DNA of 64,000 bases, taken from positions 5,766,001 through 5,830,000 of the forward strand of contig CM035355.1 of assembly GCA_020137815.1 (NCBI GenBank). Direction: 5' to 3'. The notes under the pieces were generated by a model. The model was not told the DNA's origin. It did not search any database and saw only the letters and a program-made list of their open reading frames with translations. The first letter of the stretch is position 1. The number at the start of each line of letters is the position of its first letter. The translations under genes and the position numbers were made by a program. Below are positions 46,274 to 59,479 of this stretch, piece after piece. The stretch comes from Hormiphora californensis (Eukaryota; Animalia; Ctenophora).

Positions 46274-49200
46274 AGAGAGAGAGAGATATGATAGTGTAGA
46301 GATTGAGGCTATATCGCTCGAATATAGATCGCTCATAGCTATCTATAGAGATCTGATCCCCTCTCTCTCATCTCTGCTCGCCCCTCCTCTCTCTCTCTCT
46401 CTACTCTCGCTCTCTACTCGCTCTCCTCTCCTCTCCTCCTCCTCGCCTCTCGCTCTCTCATCTCTGAAGGGACATCTCCTTTCTCCTCCTTGTCTCATTA
46501 CTTTATATCATTTTATCAGGAACTACTTCGCATCCTCACCTTTTAACACTGAATATATTTACGAGGCCCCATTCCTTAATATCTTATTGTAAACGTTCCT
46601 TCCCTATTCAAGCTAGCCATTTACTCGTAAGTTCACTTTCGAGTTTCATCACCCACGTTTGATTTTACATCTGCTTTTGCTTTGCTAATTGCTTTGCTCA
46701 GCATTCAAGTTTCCCCGGTAACCACTTTCACACCACATTGTGGATACCGAAGCTGACGGATTTTGGAGGTTTGCAGGTTTTGAGATAAATGTGTACACGA
46801 CATGCTTGCTACCTAGCAAGCACTGTGAAATCTGCACATGTGTTTGTTATTGCATGCTGTCTCTTAGACTCCCGCGTCCCCGACCAATAGTCGTGGGATC
46901 CTCATATTGATTTAGATTTACCGTCATAAGCATTATCTATGATTGTACTCGTTCCCGGGTTTGACTTGTTCGACCCTCTCTCCGCTCCCGGTTAGGACAT
47001 AACAATCCCGGGTGTGATCGTGAAGTTTTTCAGTGAGGTTGTTCTCCCTACAATACGTAGGACGAACCCCCCCCCCCCCCCCCCCCCCCCCCCCGTAGGA
47101 CAAAGGGAAGAAACACAAATAGACTTTGTCCCCAGCCAGCGAAAGCTGTTACACACTTGCCTAGATCTAGTGTGGTCTAGTTTTATATTGTACAATACCA
47201 TGTGTGGCAGTAGTCAGCCCGGGTGGGGCCATTATTCGCTAACTATGTTGATCTCCAGGTGTTCCACAGAAATATCTTTGTTAATCACGCTACACTCTCT
47301 CTATTCTATCATTTATCATCCTCTGTCTCTCCTTTCTCCTCTCTCTATTCTATCATTTATTCTCTTTATTCTCGTCTATTCTTCTCCGTCTATCTCCCTC
47401 ATCTCTGCTGTTAAATCTCTCCAAACTATCTCTACCTGTTGTTCTCTCTCCTCAGTTTATATCTCTCCTCTCCGTTGTTCTCTCTGTACCTCTCCCAACT
47501 ACCTTCCCAGCTGACCATTGTTCCATGATCTTATACACGAGACACACATGGAATAACGGCTCGAACACAACAACTATCCATCCCCACGGTACAGTTAAGG
47601 GTGCAGAACTTGCTGAGTAGGGCCGGTTGTGTGTGATATTTTGTTTGTTGATTAGGATTGATTAATGATCTCTGCCGAACGTTTTATGAAACAAAATGCG
47701 GTATGAGCCATTAGCCACATTATAAGAGTAGGGATGTGCGTGATTGATATTTTGTTTGTTTTGTCTGTCAAGAGGGAAACATAATTGGCCTTGAGGGACC
47801 GTTAGTCAAACCCTAATAGGGTTGTGCGTGATTGATATTTTGATATTTTATTTGTTTAGTCTGGCGGGAGAGGGGGAAGTTAAATCAAGATGGATAATGT
47901 TTATTACCTGCTGGCTTCTCTGTGTTTCCCCAGGATATCCCGGTGTAAACTTCCTCATCCCCTCCCACTCCCCGGCATAACTTCTGGACATCAGTCGGTT
48001 TAAACTGGGCGAAACCTGCGGGAATAGGGAGTCGTTAAAACAGCTGTAACAGTGCTATTATATGAGGTCGTCCTGGCTTTAAAAATTCGTTATCATTTGA
48101 GTTTTCTGAATAATGAGTTCAGAGCAAGAATTAAATAGGGAAGAAAATCGAAAAATACTGGGTTTGACCGGGAATTGAACCAGGGACCTCCAGAGAGACA
48201 TGCTCGGAGCTATACCACTAAGCTACCAAACCATTTGAGTTTTGACTAACGATAATTTGAGCTTTCATAAATGATAGGGCCAGGCTCAAATTTACACAAA
48301 TCCAAAGTAGTAATCTTGTAACTGTCCTGTTAGTACCAGGCCACAAGGAATCAAACTTTGTAAACTTTGCAGAAAGTAATTTCGGTTGGGTGGGAACTGG
48401 GCCCACGTCACCCAACCGATATGATTCACCTGCTTTTCTCATATTCCAATCTTAGAAAGTAATTTCTACAAATTTGGTCATTCAGTTTCGTGTTTTATGA
48501 AGGAGCAGTTTGTTCAAAGAAATTAGATCACTTATATGACGCGTTCATTTGCTCACGTAGGCTTGTTCTCAAGTTACTCATTATACACCTTCATTCCGCC
48601 CAAACACACTCAGTCTATGCTGCTACCAATAAAAGGGTATTGTTCGTTTACCAAGCGAGTTAGCTGCTCAATTCTCGATTTCTCAACATTCATTATTGAT
48701 GCATAAACACACAGTAGCCCAGTGGCTTTGTTAGTCAGTCTTGACAAAGACAATAATTCCCCTCTTTGTTTTTCATGTTGCTAGGATATCGAATTTGTTT
48801 TCTTTACCCTCAAGATCTAGAAGCTCTAAATACGATTCTATGGGACACTCTTAGATTCTTGTAAACATTCTTCTTGACTGATTTGTTTCTCACCTTTGCT
48901 AGCTGCAAGGATGTGTGAGTGTTTGAAGAGCTGTATTCATGGGATGGCCAAGTGCATTCTGATCCTGATCAATACGATCTCCCTCCTTGCCTCTTTGGCC
49001 CTGATCGGGTTCGGTGTCTTTGTAATTCTACGTGGAGAGGAATACATTCCCGATGCAGGGTATGTAATCAGAACCAGATCTCGTTTCGATTAACCAGAAC
49101 CTAACTATTTGTAATTCGGGAACTAACCATGAACTAGGGCATGAACTAACTATAATTCGGAACCTAATACATTGAATCCTTTCAGAGTTGACGTGAATCT

Positions 49201-51123
49201 CATTGCCTATGCGTTGATTGTGCTTGGTGTTATTCTCCTCTTTGTGTCTTTGTTCGGATTCTTCGGAGCGTGTACTGGAAAACATGGTCTTCTCAACTTC
49301 TATCTGATCCTTTTGGGAGTAGTAGTCGCTCTTCTTGTCGCTGCACTCATCTATGGTACGTAAAGGGGCCTTTTCAATAATTTGGTCCAAGTTACCCCGT
49401 CAATTTTGTGTTTTAACTACTAAAGCCCAATCAATTTTCCCCGACCAGGTTTCGTCATGAAATCGGATGTTGAGGACACCGTCGAGACTTACATTACTGA
49501 CGCCTTTGGCACAGTCAAGAACGCTACCTCTGCAAATGCAACAGTGGATCAATTCGTTGCAGTAAATACAATCCAAGTCGCTGTCAAATGCTGCGGGTAA
49601 GAAACTATTACCTCTGAAACAAAACTCAGTCTAGAACTTCTTTGACCCCTACAATCACGTGATCTCTCCCCAGAATAACCGGACCTGACTACTGGGACTG
49701 GGGCAGTGATGTACCCTCCAGTTGTTGTGAAAACTTTACCGCAACTGATGCTACCGCCCTGTGTGATTTATCCGATGCCTACACCACCGCCTGTATGGAA
49801 TCCACCGAGGACCTGATCCAGAATGCCCTCCTGGCAACAGTTATTCTCCTGGTTGTCATTGTTATCTTCCTGGTGGCATGCATGATCTTCGCCTGCTGCT
49901 CCAAGAAAGGTATGTAATCTGACACCAAATAGGATCGCCCTGATCTGTCTGGCGGCGCCCGATCCGAGCGTGCTGTCAAAATGGGGTCTGGCGCCGCAAG
50001 GCAGACCCTTATCGTGAGCTATTGATCACTGATTACTAACAAATCGAAATATAGGCTAAGAAAACAGGAACAAAAAAGGGAACCGCTTGGTAAGACACGC
50101 ATTATTCAGGAAAAATGCACCCTTGGAAACCCATTCGAGACGAAAGTTCTCTTTTCATGTTTATCGCATACTCTAGGCATGCCACCTTTTTTCTGATAAA
50201 AGGCAGAAAATTCTGAAACTCCATTTCTCCCTCGCACTATCATTTCTTGAACCCACTTATTTTCCAGTTGCATGAGCACACTAACTTTCTCTAACACCAC
50301 GTTTACCTTTTCAGAATATGAACAAGTCGCCTAAATCAGACAGAGGATTGGGCAGGTGGAGTAAACTCATACGTAGAACAATGAACTAGGCCTTTTGTTT
50401 AGAGTGTGTGGGATAAATTTGGAGAGAGAGAACAATTAATTGAACCAGTATTTTTGTCAGTAGTAGTTATTACTTTCTCTTTTCTAGCCGATTTGTAGTA
50501 ACGGTGTCGCGGCTATAATCAGTTCAATCAAGGAATAGCTGTAGACTGTACTGTCTAGACTGTCGTCTCAAGTTTGTCGCAATACTTGAATGTTCCAACA
50601 TTCTATAGGAATGCTGAGCATTTAGCATTCCGATTTCCGAATGCTTATGATTTAATGGTACATTTGTTACGTACATCTGTAAACTGTAAAGGCGGGGCAA
50701 GGTTGCCTTTGAGTAATTTATATCACTTTCAAAATACAACACGAGCACTAAATCTAAATATTTCATGAGTCATGACACCCACAAACTGAAAATAACACTA
50801 CCGTTCTTATTTTGCTGGATCCACCGACCACCAATAAACCCCATACAATATCTCCACCTCATACCATGCTTGTCAGGCCAATGCTCTGACCACAGTTCTC
50901 GTCTAGGGTCAGGCCAATGCTCTTACAGTACCATGCAATACCTACAAAACCTACAACATCACATACCCGGGTCAGATGCGAGGATGCTCCCATCACCAGG
51001 GTTACACACTGCCACCTTTGTACTGCACTCCTTCATCAAAGACTGCTTCAACTCAGGATCATTGACCATCTGGTTCTGGATGCTGTCCCGGAAAAATGCT
51101 ACCCACGTCTCCCAGGAGGACAT
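45659..51123 (-). CDS. Divergent profilin-like protein (169 aa)
   Basis: Phase-consistent exons 51123-50967, 48015-47908, 45903-45659. Translation MSSWETWV...VAVCNPGDGSILASDPGFAQFKPTDVQKL...GISWG...YSIIRV...VLYGRNK...IFVSNTLSTCVVVLF follows the profilin pattern MSW..YV / DGS+WA.S..F..+.P.E / G+...G..Y.+IR / +YG.K. Confidence 0.7.
48161..48232 (-). pseudogene. tRNA-like sequence, probably non-functional
   Basis: 72-nt cloverleaf GGTTTGG-TAGCTTAGTGGTATAGCT...GGTTCAATTCC..TCAAACC; mismatches in the anticodon and T stems and no U33. Confidence 0.55.
48911..50334 (+). CDS. Tetraspanin (CD63-like), nested antisense in profilin intron 1
   Basis: Exons 48911-49059, 49186-49355, 49449-49596, 49674-49909, 50315-50334. 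Four TM helices, FGFFGAC, CCG and PSSCC motifs, and a C-terminal YEQV (Yxx-phi) sorting signal. Confidence 0.92.
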
Positions 51124-51840
51124 TGTGTTGTTTGCTGGGGAAAATAGACGGAGTGAGATTGAGAGATACTGGGGAATATGTATATTCCACTGTATCTCTC
51201 CATCCTCTCAAATAGAGTGAGATTGAGCGAGATGGGGAGGGCCAGAGGGGAATAAAGGACACTGCAGTAGTTACTAAAAAGTTGCCTCAGTTGCCTCAAA
51301 AAGCACACAACAACACACTATAACAGTACACACAATTACAGAAGCAGTTTTTGTAATGTTTTCCCCTCTAGAAGGTAAAGCATTACAAGGTGACGAAAGC
51401 TCAACTAACATATGACACATTTATGTGTTATATACAACCCGGATATATAATGTTTCCTTCTCCTTCTACAAATAACAAGGTTTACACTGCTATTTGACGA
51501 ATAAAAAAGGCGGAAAAGAGACGTGATATAGTAGGGTCGTATCGCCGTTTAACTTTGGCCGGACTAACGCGTTTAGTACGTGCAATAAGCAGCCGAGACG
51601 TGACAAAACCAAAACCCGGAAAAAAGGTAGCCTACTGTACTGGGTCAACTGTAGCTAATTTGTCAATGCAAAACTTGCCACACATCAGACTGCTTCAGGA
51701 AAAGGAATATAAATTATATGGCCAATGAGAATTCTAGGTGTCAGGAGTCACATACATTGTAGTGAGAGACACATGTCCCATTGCAGCAGTACTGAGGGAC
51801 ATGTCCCACACATACATGTGTCTCGCTAGAAGTCAGGTCT

Positions 51841-51949
51841 CAGGAACCGACCGAATCAGGAAATACTGGTCCCTGATTGGCTGATAACCAGTCACGTGAC
51901 CTAAATAACGAGTTTTGATTGGTTGTTTACTTGTTTCGGTCGGTTCCTG
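51841..51949. mobile_element. 109-bp hAT-type MITE
   Basis: TIR CAGGAACCGACCGAA. CTAGAAGT occurs at 51826-51833 and 51950-51957, with 7 extra nt on the left side. Same family as 62851-62959 and a partial copy at ~28772-28820. Confidence 0.85.
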
Positions 51950-52850
51950 CTAGAAGTGTCCTACACATGTCCATTATCCCACACACATTTGTCCAGTTAA
52001 AAGTCGCTTCTAGACTCTTCCAAATAGGCCATGACCTAGCGTATAATACCATTACTACTATTACTAACAGTAACAGCAAACATTAGGAGACACTTCCAAA
52101 TTGCCTAGCGTGTAATAGTAACTGAAGCAAAGGACATACGAAGTGCAGTAGTAGTATAATAATACACCTCCCCACCTTGTTCCTGTCACTACTATTCTCA
52201 TTAGTATTCCTTTCTTTCTGTCTCTCTCCTTTATTTCTCACTCTTCCCAGTTTCTCTCTCTCTCCATTTTCTCTCGCTTGTGTTCTCGAGCACAGCCCTC
52301 TCATTCCCTCATTTTATTCCTGTCACTTATTCTTCTATGTCACCAACAATTCTTTCCCTCTCTATTCTCCCAACTTCGTCTCTCTCTTCTCTTCCTCTCT
52401 ATTCTCCCAAATTCGTCTCTCCCTCACTGCACTCTCTCCACCTCATCCAGTTTCCCGTCTCCATGTGAAACCTAAAAGCACACACTGCTAACTAACCCTC
52501 CAGTCGCCTAACAAGCGGTGTCCACGCTACGATTCAAACCTACCCCACCCTAAAACTAGGCACACTAAATATCACCCAAACAAAAAACAGAGAAAACACA
52601 CAGTCACCTAAACATAAAACACAGAGAAAACACGCACAGCATGTTTCACGTTAATTACCTGTTTCACACAAGGCGCGGGATACAACCATGTCACGTACAT
52701 GTGTGGCCTGTTAGTGTTGGAAGAGAGAGAGGTTTGTGTGTTCGGGATGTGTGTTACACAGTGCGTGGTTACCATGGCAACTCTTGGTTACACCAGTGGT
52801 TACGCACCAATTGTAACCATGACAACACATCCCGGACACTCCCTCCCTCA

Positions 52851-54035
52851 CTACCGATGCTGTTCCTTGATCCAGTTTACAATAGATTCCCTCGTGGTAC
52901 CCTTGGTTAGGTCACCCTCCACAACCTACAAAGAGGGAGATGGTTAGAGATAACGTGGGAAGGGGGATGGACCTATTTTCATATTGTAAAGATAGGTAAA
53001 GTGGGCCGTGGGGAGGGGGATGGTGGGATTAGAGATAAGAAGGAGGAAGGGGAGATGGAAAATACAAAATAAGAGAAGATGAAATGGACTAGGAAAGAGT
53101 AGGTTCAGCTGGCTGAAGATAAAGAAAAGAACATATTACAAGGTACATTAGGGCACAGGACTAAGAGTTCTAGGAACCCAAATTCCAGGAAATGATAAGA
53201 ATTTTAGGGGGTTACCATGGTAACCTACCGTTACTGTTGTGGTTGCATGCTCCAAGATCAAGTCCAGGTCCAGGTACCCCCTAAGTGACGGCAGGAGGGT
53301 AAGGGGAGATGACGACTTGTTGAGGACTACCAAGAGGGGAGTTTTAGCTAGGAGAGGGTTACTGAGTAACTTTAACAGCTCCACTTGTGCCGTACTGACC
53401 TGTAACGAAGAGTTACTTGTGGTTACCATGCCGTGGTTACCAGTCGGTTACCATGGCAACATACGTTACCAATACCATAGCAACAAAACAGAATTCCTGA
53501 TGTCTCACAAGTACCTGTGCAGCATTGGCCGAGTCGATGAGAAAGATGGCACTTTTACAGTCGTTAAGATAACTTCCCCAGGTCTGTCGTAGCGAACCAC
53601 TCACCTGAAACAGAGGACCTAGATGGTGGCATGAGAAGGAGAGCGGTACAGGGTGTTGGGGTGAAGGATACACATGAACGATGAATTGGTAATGAAATTA
53701 CCCCTCTGTTATTATTGCTTGTATTATATGCAATAAAAGGGGTGACTTCGTAACCAAAACGATGAAGAAGTAAACAAGACTAGTATAGCAGAGATTAGCA
53801 GACGGTTCTGATCAGAAAAAAAAAAGCGGTGTGGGATTATCATACTAACCTCTCTGAGCCGGATACACTTCCTCTTTAACAAAGGTACATCTCTAACCAC
53901 ACTTCCCACTGTGGGAGTTAGTACCGGTAACTCATCCTCTGAATCTTTTCTAATCAACTCCAGCCCCTCCGTTAGTCTGTTTAGTAGAGTAGACTTCCCC
54001 GCACCACTGCACCCCAGCACCAGGCACTCTGTCAT
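52851..54035 (-). CDS. ARL16: ADP-ribosylation factor-like small GTPase, ARL16-like
   Basis: Four exons (~54035-53850, 53604-53515, 53399-53229, 52925-52851): MTECLVLGCSGAGKSTL, TPTVG, IRLREVSGSLRQTWGSYLNDC..AIFLIDSAN, LLVVLNK. The RE-x-GG-type switch in place of WD-x-GG is characteristic of ARL16. Confidence 0.8.
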
Positions 54036-54321
54036 GTTTTCAGCTATGAATAATTAGGGGGTGGTTAGTGGTAGGAATGATATAGGTTTTGGGACAGGAG
54101 GATACAGGGAGGTGTAAATTTATTGAAATACTGAGTTTCTAAAAGTCTTTTTGAACTGACATAATATAACACAAGTCAAGATGAGGGCAAAAAAACGAAT
54201 GTGAAATATCCTTATTTGATATTGGCAACCCTGGCAACCAATATTGGTAACCCTGGTAACCAACCAGCTATCACATAACAACCTGTACACTGTGCCCAAG
54301 ATATTGTCCCATATATTCATA

Positions 54322-57300
54322 TCACGTTAAAGAGTTCAGTAGTTCAGCGTATGCTCCTTCATCAAGGAACACAGTCCCATCCCCATCCTCCATATCTCCC
54401 TTCCTCTTCTTCTCACCGCCCCCAGCTCCACTCCTCTTCTCAGGCACCCTGTCACGTGATCTCTTATCCGAATCCCGCTCCCTGCTTCTACTCCTTCTCC
54501 TCCCTTTTCTTCTGTCATCATCATCGTGCCGCTTCTCCCCTCGTCTTTCAGAACTCCTCTCGCTTCTATCACTATCTTTCCTTCCGTTCCTCTCACTCTT
54601 CACTTCCCTTCTCTCGCTCCTGGAAGAGCTATCGCCCCTACTTGACCTATCCTTGGAACTCTCCCTCACCATCTTCCTAACATCCTCCTTTACAGGGCTG
54701 CTCCGAACCACCCTGTCAGGTGTGGCGTGCCTCTTGTAATCCTGTTCAACCCCCGGTGGAGGAGGTGTTCTCTGTTTGGGGGTCTTCACGGGTGATACAC
54801 CAGGAGGCAGGGGTGGTCCGTAACTATACGCTTCAGACGTCTCAACTGGTGCTACACCAGGTGGAGCCAGAGTGGTAGGGAGGGGTGGTCCGAATGGGGC
54901 AGCACAACTAATAGGCGGTCCTAGTGGTATGGCAGTACTAATAGGTGGTCCTAGTGGGATAGCAGTACTAATAGGTGGACCCAGTGGGACAGTGGAGGGA
55001 GGGAAGGGGGGTCCGGGAGGGAAGATGTTGAGGGCAGATGGGAAGAGAGGTGGAGCGGTGTGATGAGCTGATACCACACCAGGTAGAGATGCTGCTGCTG
55101 CTGGCATCATTGGGGGTAGTGGAGGTCCTATAACCGGTTGGGGTTGAGGATTGGGTACAGTGATAGTTATAGGAAGGGGTGGGTAGTATTGGTCCTGATG
55201 GGACGAATAGGAAGCATCCCGTTTGGAGTCACTGTAACCTCCACGGTGGTGGTCGTGATGGTGATCATGATGATGATGGCGGTCCTCTCGCCTCCTATCA
55301 TCTTCCCTCCGTCTATCATACTGATGCGATACAGATCGATCAGAACTCCTCGATCTATCTCCTACACGTCTCGTTTCCTCCCTTCTCCTATCTTCATCTC
55401 TTTTTCTCTCCTCCTCCCTACGTCTGTCATCATCACGTCGTCTTTCCTCATCGCGTCTTTTGTCGTCCTCTCTTCGCCGAGCTTCATCTCGTTTCAGTCT
55501 ATCATCTTCCCTCCTTCTTTCGTCTTCCCTCCTTCTATCTTCCTCTCTTCTCTTATCGTCCTCCTTTCGACGATAATCGTCATCCCGTCTCCTATCTTCA
55601 TCCCTTCCTCTACTATCATACGATCTCCTACTATCATCATATCTCCGTTTCTCATCCTCTCTCCTCCTCTCTTCCACCCTTTTCTCGTCCTCCTCAGCTC
55701 TCTTTTCCTGTAACTTCCTTCTCAAATCCTCACCACCACTATTCTCACTACTCTCCCCCTTCTTCTCACTACTCCCACTGGCCCTCTCCGGTCTAGCAGG
55801 TCTGGGTGGGACAGCGTCCTTCCGTTTCAGACTGAGCCTCCCGTTTGAGAATACCGTTATGTAATCATCGTCTGGCATCATCTTCTGCTCCTCTGGATAA
55901 CCCTTCTTGTAAATCTGGGGGAGGGATAATGGATATAAGTGCCCTTTTAGATTCCTACTTTGAACTTTTAGCTGCCGGAGCCTGCGAGGCACGCTAAGCT
56001 GTAACTACTGAAGCGAGCCTGCGAGCTCTGTAGTTTGTACTTTTCCGGCCTAAGCCTGCGGAGGGCCTAAACGTGAAAGAATCTTTAAACATCCTATTGT
56101 TGTGCTAACTCAGAGCATGTTAAAGCCAGTCATCTAATTTTATTAAGATGATTTTTCGGAAACAACTGAGTCAACTAGATAAAGGATTGAGCATCGTGAG
56201 GAGAGAGAGCGAGAGAGAGAGGGAGAGAGAGAGAATGAGAGCGAGAAGACGAGAGAGAGATAGAGAAGGAGTAAAAGACTGCGAGCGAGGAGGAGAAGGA
56301 GAGATAAGAGATGGAGGAAAGAGAGAAAGAGCGGAAGAGGTGGAGAAAGAGGAGAGAAAGAGAGAAAGAGAATGTGTGTGAGAGGAAGATAGGGAAAGAG
56401 AGAATCGAAGGCAGAGAGGGAAAGCAGATGCAGGATGCTCATTGGGGTGGTGCCATCACGTGACGATCACGTGACCTATAGTTGCAGAGGGGAAGAAAAG
56501 ATAAGGGCTAGGGCGTGTGTGACGATCACGTGACCTAGAAGAGTTGCAACATGTCGCAGAGGGAAAGAAAAGATAAGCGTGTGCTGTTGCGTGTGCAGTA
56601 GTTAGGGCGTGTGTACTGTGTAGTGACGTAATGTTCACAGTGTGTGCGTGTGACTAGAAAGTGATTAATTTTTCACATACCACTGCAGCGGTATTTTACT
56701 TTATAATTACTAGTGTTTTTGCAGTGGTCTAAAATTTCACAGTACACTTTAACCACCGGAAACGGTGTACTGTGAAAACTTAGATAACCGGTTAAAATTG
56801 TCTAATGGATATTAGTGCCCTTTCTTGTAAATTCTGGGGGGGGGGGGGGGGAGATATTAGAAAATAGACTGGGAAGTGGAAGGATACCCGCAGGATAATT
56901 ATCAATTAAAGATCATTTTAGGAACAAGATGAATTTCTACCCTTCCTTACCTCATCAAAAAGGATTTGTGTCTTAAGGATCTCAACTCGAGTCACATTGT
57001 TGGACAATTCATGGCTCATAGAGGTTGTGAGGTTTTGCAGCATCTTCCGAACACAATCCATCGCCAGATCACATTTTATATCCGAGTCCATCGTAAACTG
57101 GGGTGGGGGAGATAGACACTTAGTTACTTGTTCCAGGTAGGGGGGTAACTAGGTAAAAAGCAGGTTTTAGACCCCACAAATTTGGCCTTCTACTGATGAT
57201 AATGTTGTTTGAGATGGGCAGTTTTTTTTAAACCGCAGGGGGATTACATATTTCAACTTACAGTTGGTTTCCTTGGCCACGTGGATGATCTCCCTCCACC

Positions 57301-59479
57301 CCTTTTATACCCACCTCTAGCTCCACCTCTTCCTCCTCTAGTTCCTTGCGAGGTAGGGGCCACCTGTATACCCCTATAAGTAGGGGCATATCTCCCACCG
57401 TTAGGATCAATACCCCCAGGATAAAGGGGGTTATGTGGAGGAGGGTCGGTACCGGGGTAACCTCGAATTGGTGCTGCTGGTGTTGGTCGAGATCTGACGT
57501 AAGGTTCTGGTGGTATACCGTGTGCAGCAGGGGCTGGATATTCTTTGTGGTAGGCAGGTGCCTGGGGAGAGGAAGGGAATCAAGATAGGCAATGTTCACA
57601 ATTTTTCTCAAAATAAATATTGAGAATAATATTTTCGGGGTGGAAAGTTTCTACTAAATGCACAACTTAGGGTGTCTCATGACCACATGGCTATGAGAGA
57701 CACGTGACACACATACACGGGGACGGTCCTCTCCGCAGTGTGTGCGATATTACATTCAGTGCCTGACAAGGGATCCTTACCGGATTGGTAGTGACGGGTG
57801 GGGCACGTAGACCCTGACGGCGGAAGTTCTCGAGATCTGTTTAGGGCAGGGACCAGTTTATTCATCTGGTCAGGGAACATCTGCTGGTCAATCTCATCAC
57901 TCCGGCCCATCAACCGCTCGTACACCAGGCGCTGTTGCTGGTGGGTGAGTGAGGGGGTGTTAGTTGTGAGAAGATGAATATCATATATCCCCGATTGGAT
58001 AACCAACTATAAAAGTACATGTTTCAATACCCAGTGAACCCCTGAGCCCACCCCTGAGTCAGGTATTTTTATCTGTGAGTGAGGAACCTTTGTGCTGTTG
58101 CACCGCCCCCGCGCCCCCGGGGCACGGGATTTTATAAAATAAAAAATAATAGTATGAAAAATACAAAGGAACCTAACTATACTAACTTACCGGTGTAAGG
58201 ACCTGTTGTTCCACGGGGAATACATCACTTGCAATACTCTCACATCTCTGGGTGTATTCGGCCTTTCCAACATCCCGTAGCATTCAGGGCTTCCTCCTTC
58301 TAGAGCCTGCATCCCATCTCCGAAACACCTGAATTGATCATAAAACTTAGTTCTAACCTTTTCGATGAAAAATAACATGATCTACCAAGCAGACTACTTA
58401 TTTGAAGCAGTACCCTGTATAAAAAGGAAGAGCCTTCCTTCGTGTTACACTTACATTTAGTCTGTGTCGACAGGAGCAGAGATGTTGCTGCTTGTTACCC
58501 TCATTAAACGGCTCATCGCAGAGAATACAGAAGAATAGACCGGGGCCCTTAATTTCAACCTCGGTTATCCCAATCAGGAGAACTTCCGGGGGGATCTGAC
58601 GCATCTGGGGAGGGGGAGTCTGTAGTGGTTTAGAGGGTGGGACATCTGGGGAGGGGAGTCTGTAGTGGTTGAGTAAGGGAAGGAAGAGGGCTAAGCGAAT
58701 AGCACGGCACGTACTATCAGAGTGTGTAAGTGGAACTGTTAGTTTTACTCTCCACCCTCAACAAGTCTGTAGCAGTTTAACAAATGAAGGAGGTGCAAAT
58801 TAGGGAACTACTCATAACATATTTTCACCATTACTCGTTCTACACACCTACCTTAGCAGTAGGTTTACCAGAGGGTCTCTGGAGATCAACTGGGATCTCA
58901 ACATCGTGATCCAGCACCCCAACCTCCTTCACAAAGGCTGGTTTGTTGAAATCGAAATCTGGGTATGACGCCGTGAATGCATCTGAGCGATAAGAAGAGT
59001 AGAGTTAGAGGGGCCAGATATTTAGGAATTGAAGGAATACCTGGTAACATTCTAAATCTATGTAGGCCATCCACGCGGCCAATATAACGGAGCACCACTG
59101 ACAAAAAAGTAACTTACTGGCTATTTTCTGGTGTTTGACTCCAGATATGTGGCTCTTCCAGATCAGAAGAGTGTTTACACAGACATGACAGCAGTTACAG
59201 AAATAGCTTGCAACCTGGGGGAGGCAGAGTTGGTTAAAAACAAATCACTCCGACTCTTCCTAGCTCCTACTTCAAGTTCGATCAGATAGGACAGAGTATT
59301 CAAGGCTGGCATACACCTTATAAAACACTGTTAATTTAGTAAATTACCGGGCAACTGCGAAGCCGTATCCCGTACGCTATCTCATGATCTCTGCTCTCTA
59401 GATGCTCCTTGAACGGCCTCAGAGAATCATAATTCAGGTGACAGACGGTACAATTAAAACTTGCCTTTCCATCCGCCAT
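54322..59479 (-). CDS. Multi-exon protein with several C2H2/U1-matrin-type zinc fingers and a C-terminal Arg/Glu/Asp-rich and Pro-rich region
   Basis: First coding exon 59479-59348 reads MADGKASFNCTVCHLNYDSLRPFKEHLESRDH. Further exons at ~59214-59117 (YFCNCC), 59041-58851, 58604-58454 (LIGITEV...FFCILC...HLCSCRHRLN), 58383-58191, 57931-57781, ~57560-57262, 57097-56951 and a large last exon ~55914-54322. Internal boundaries are approximate. Confidence 0.75.

Noticed and set aside
48161-48232. Functional tRNA-Thr(TGT)
   Set aside because: The anticodon loop lacks U33 and a purine at 37, and two stems have mismatches.
54336-55796. Overlapping ORFs in other frames or on the opposite strand of the RED-rich exon
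   Set aside because: They are low-complexity shadows of the real coding frame.
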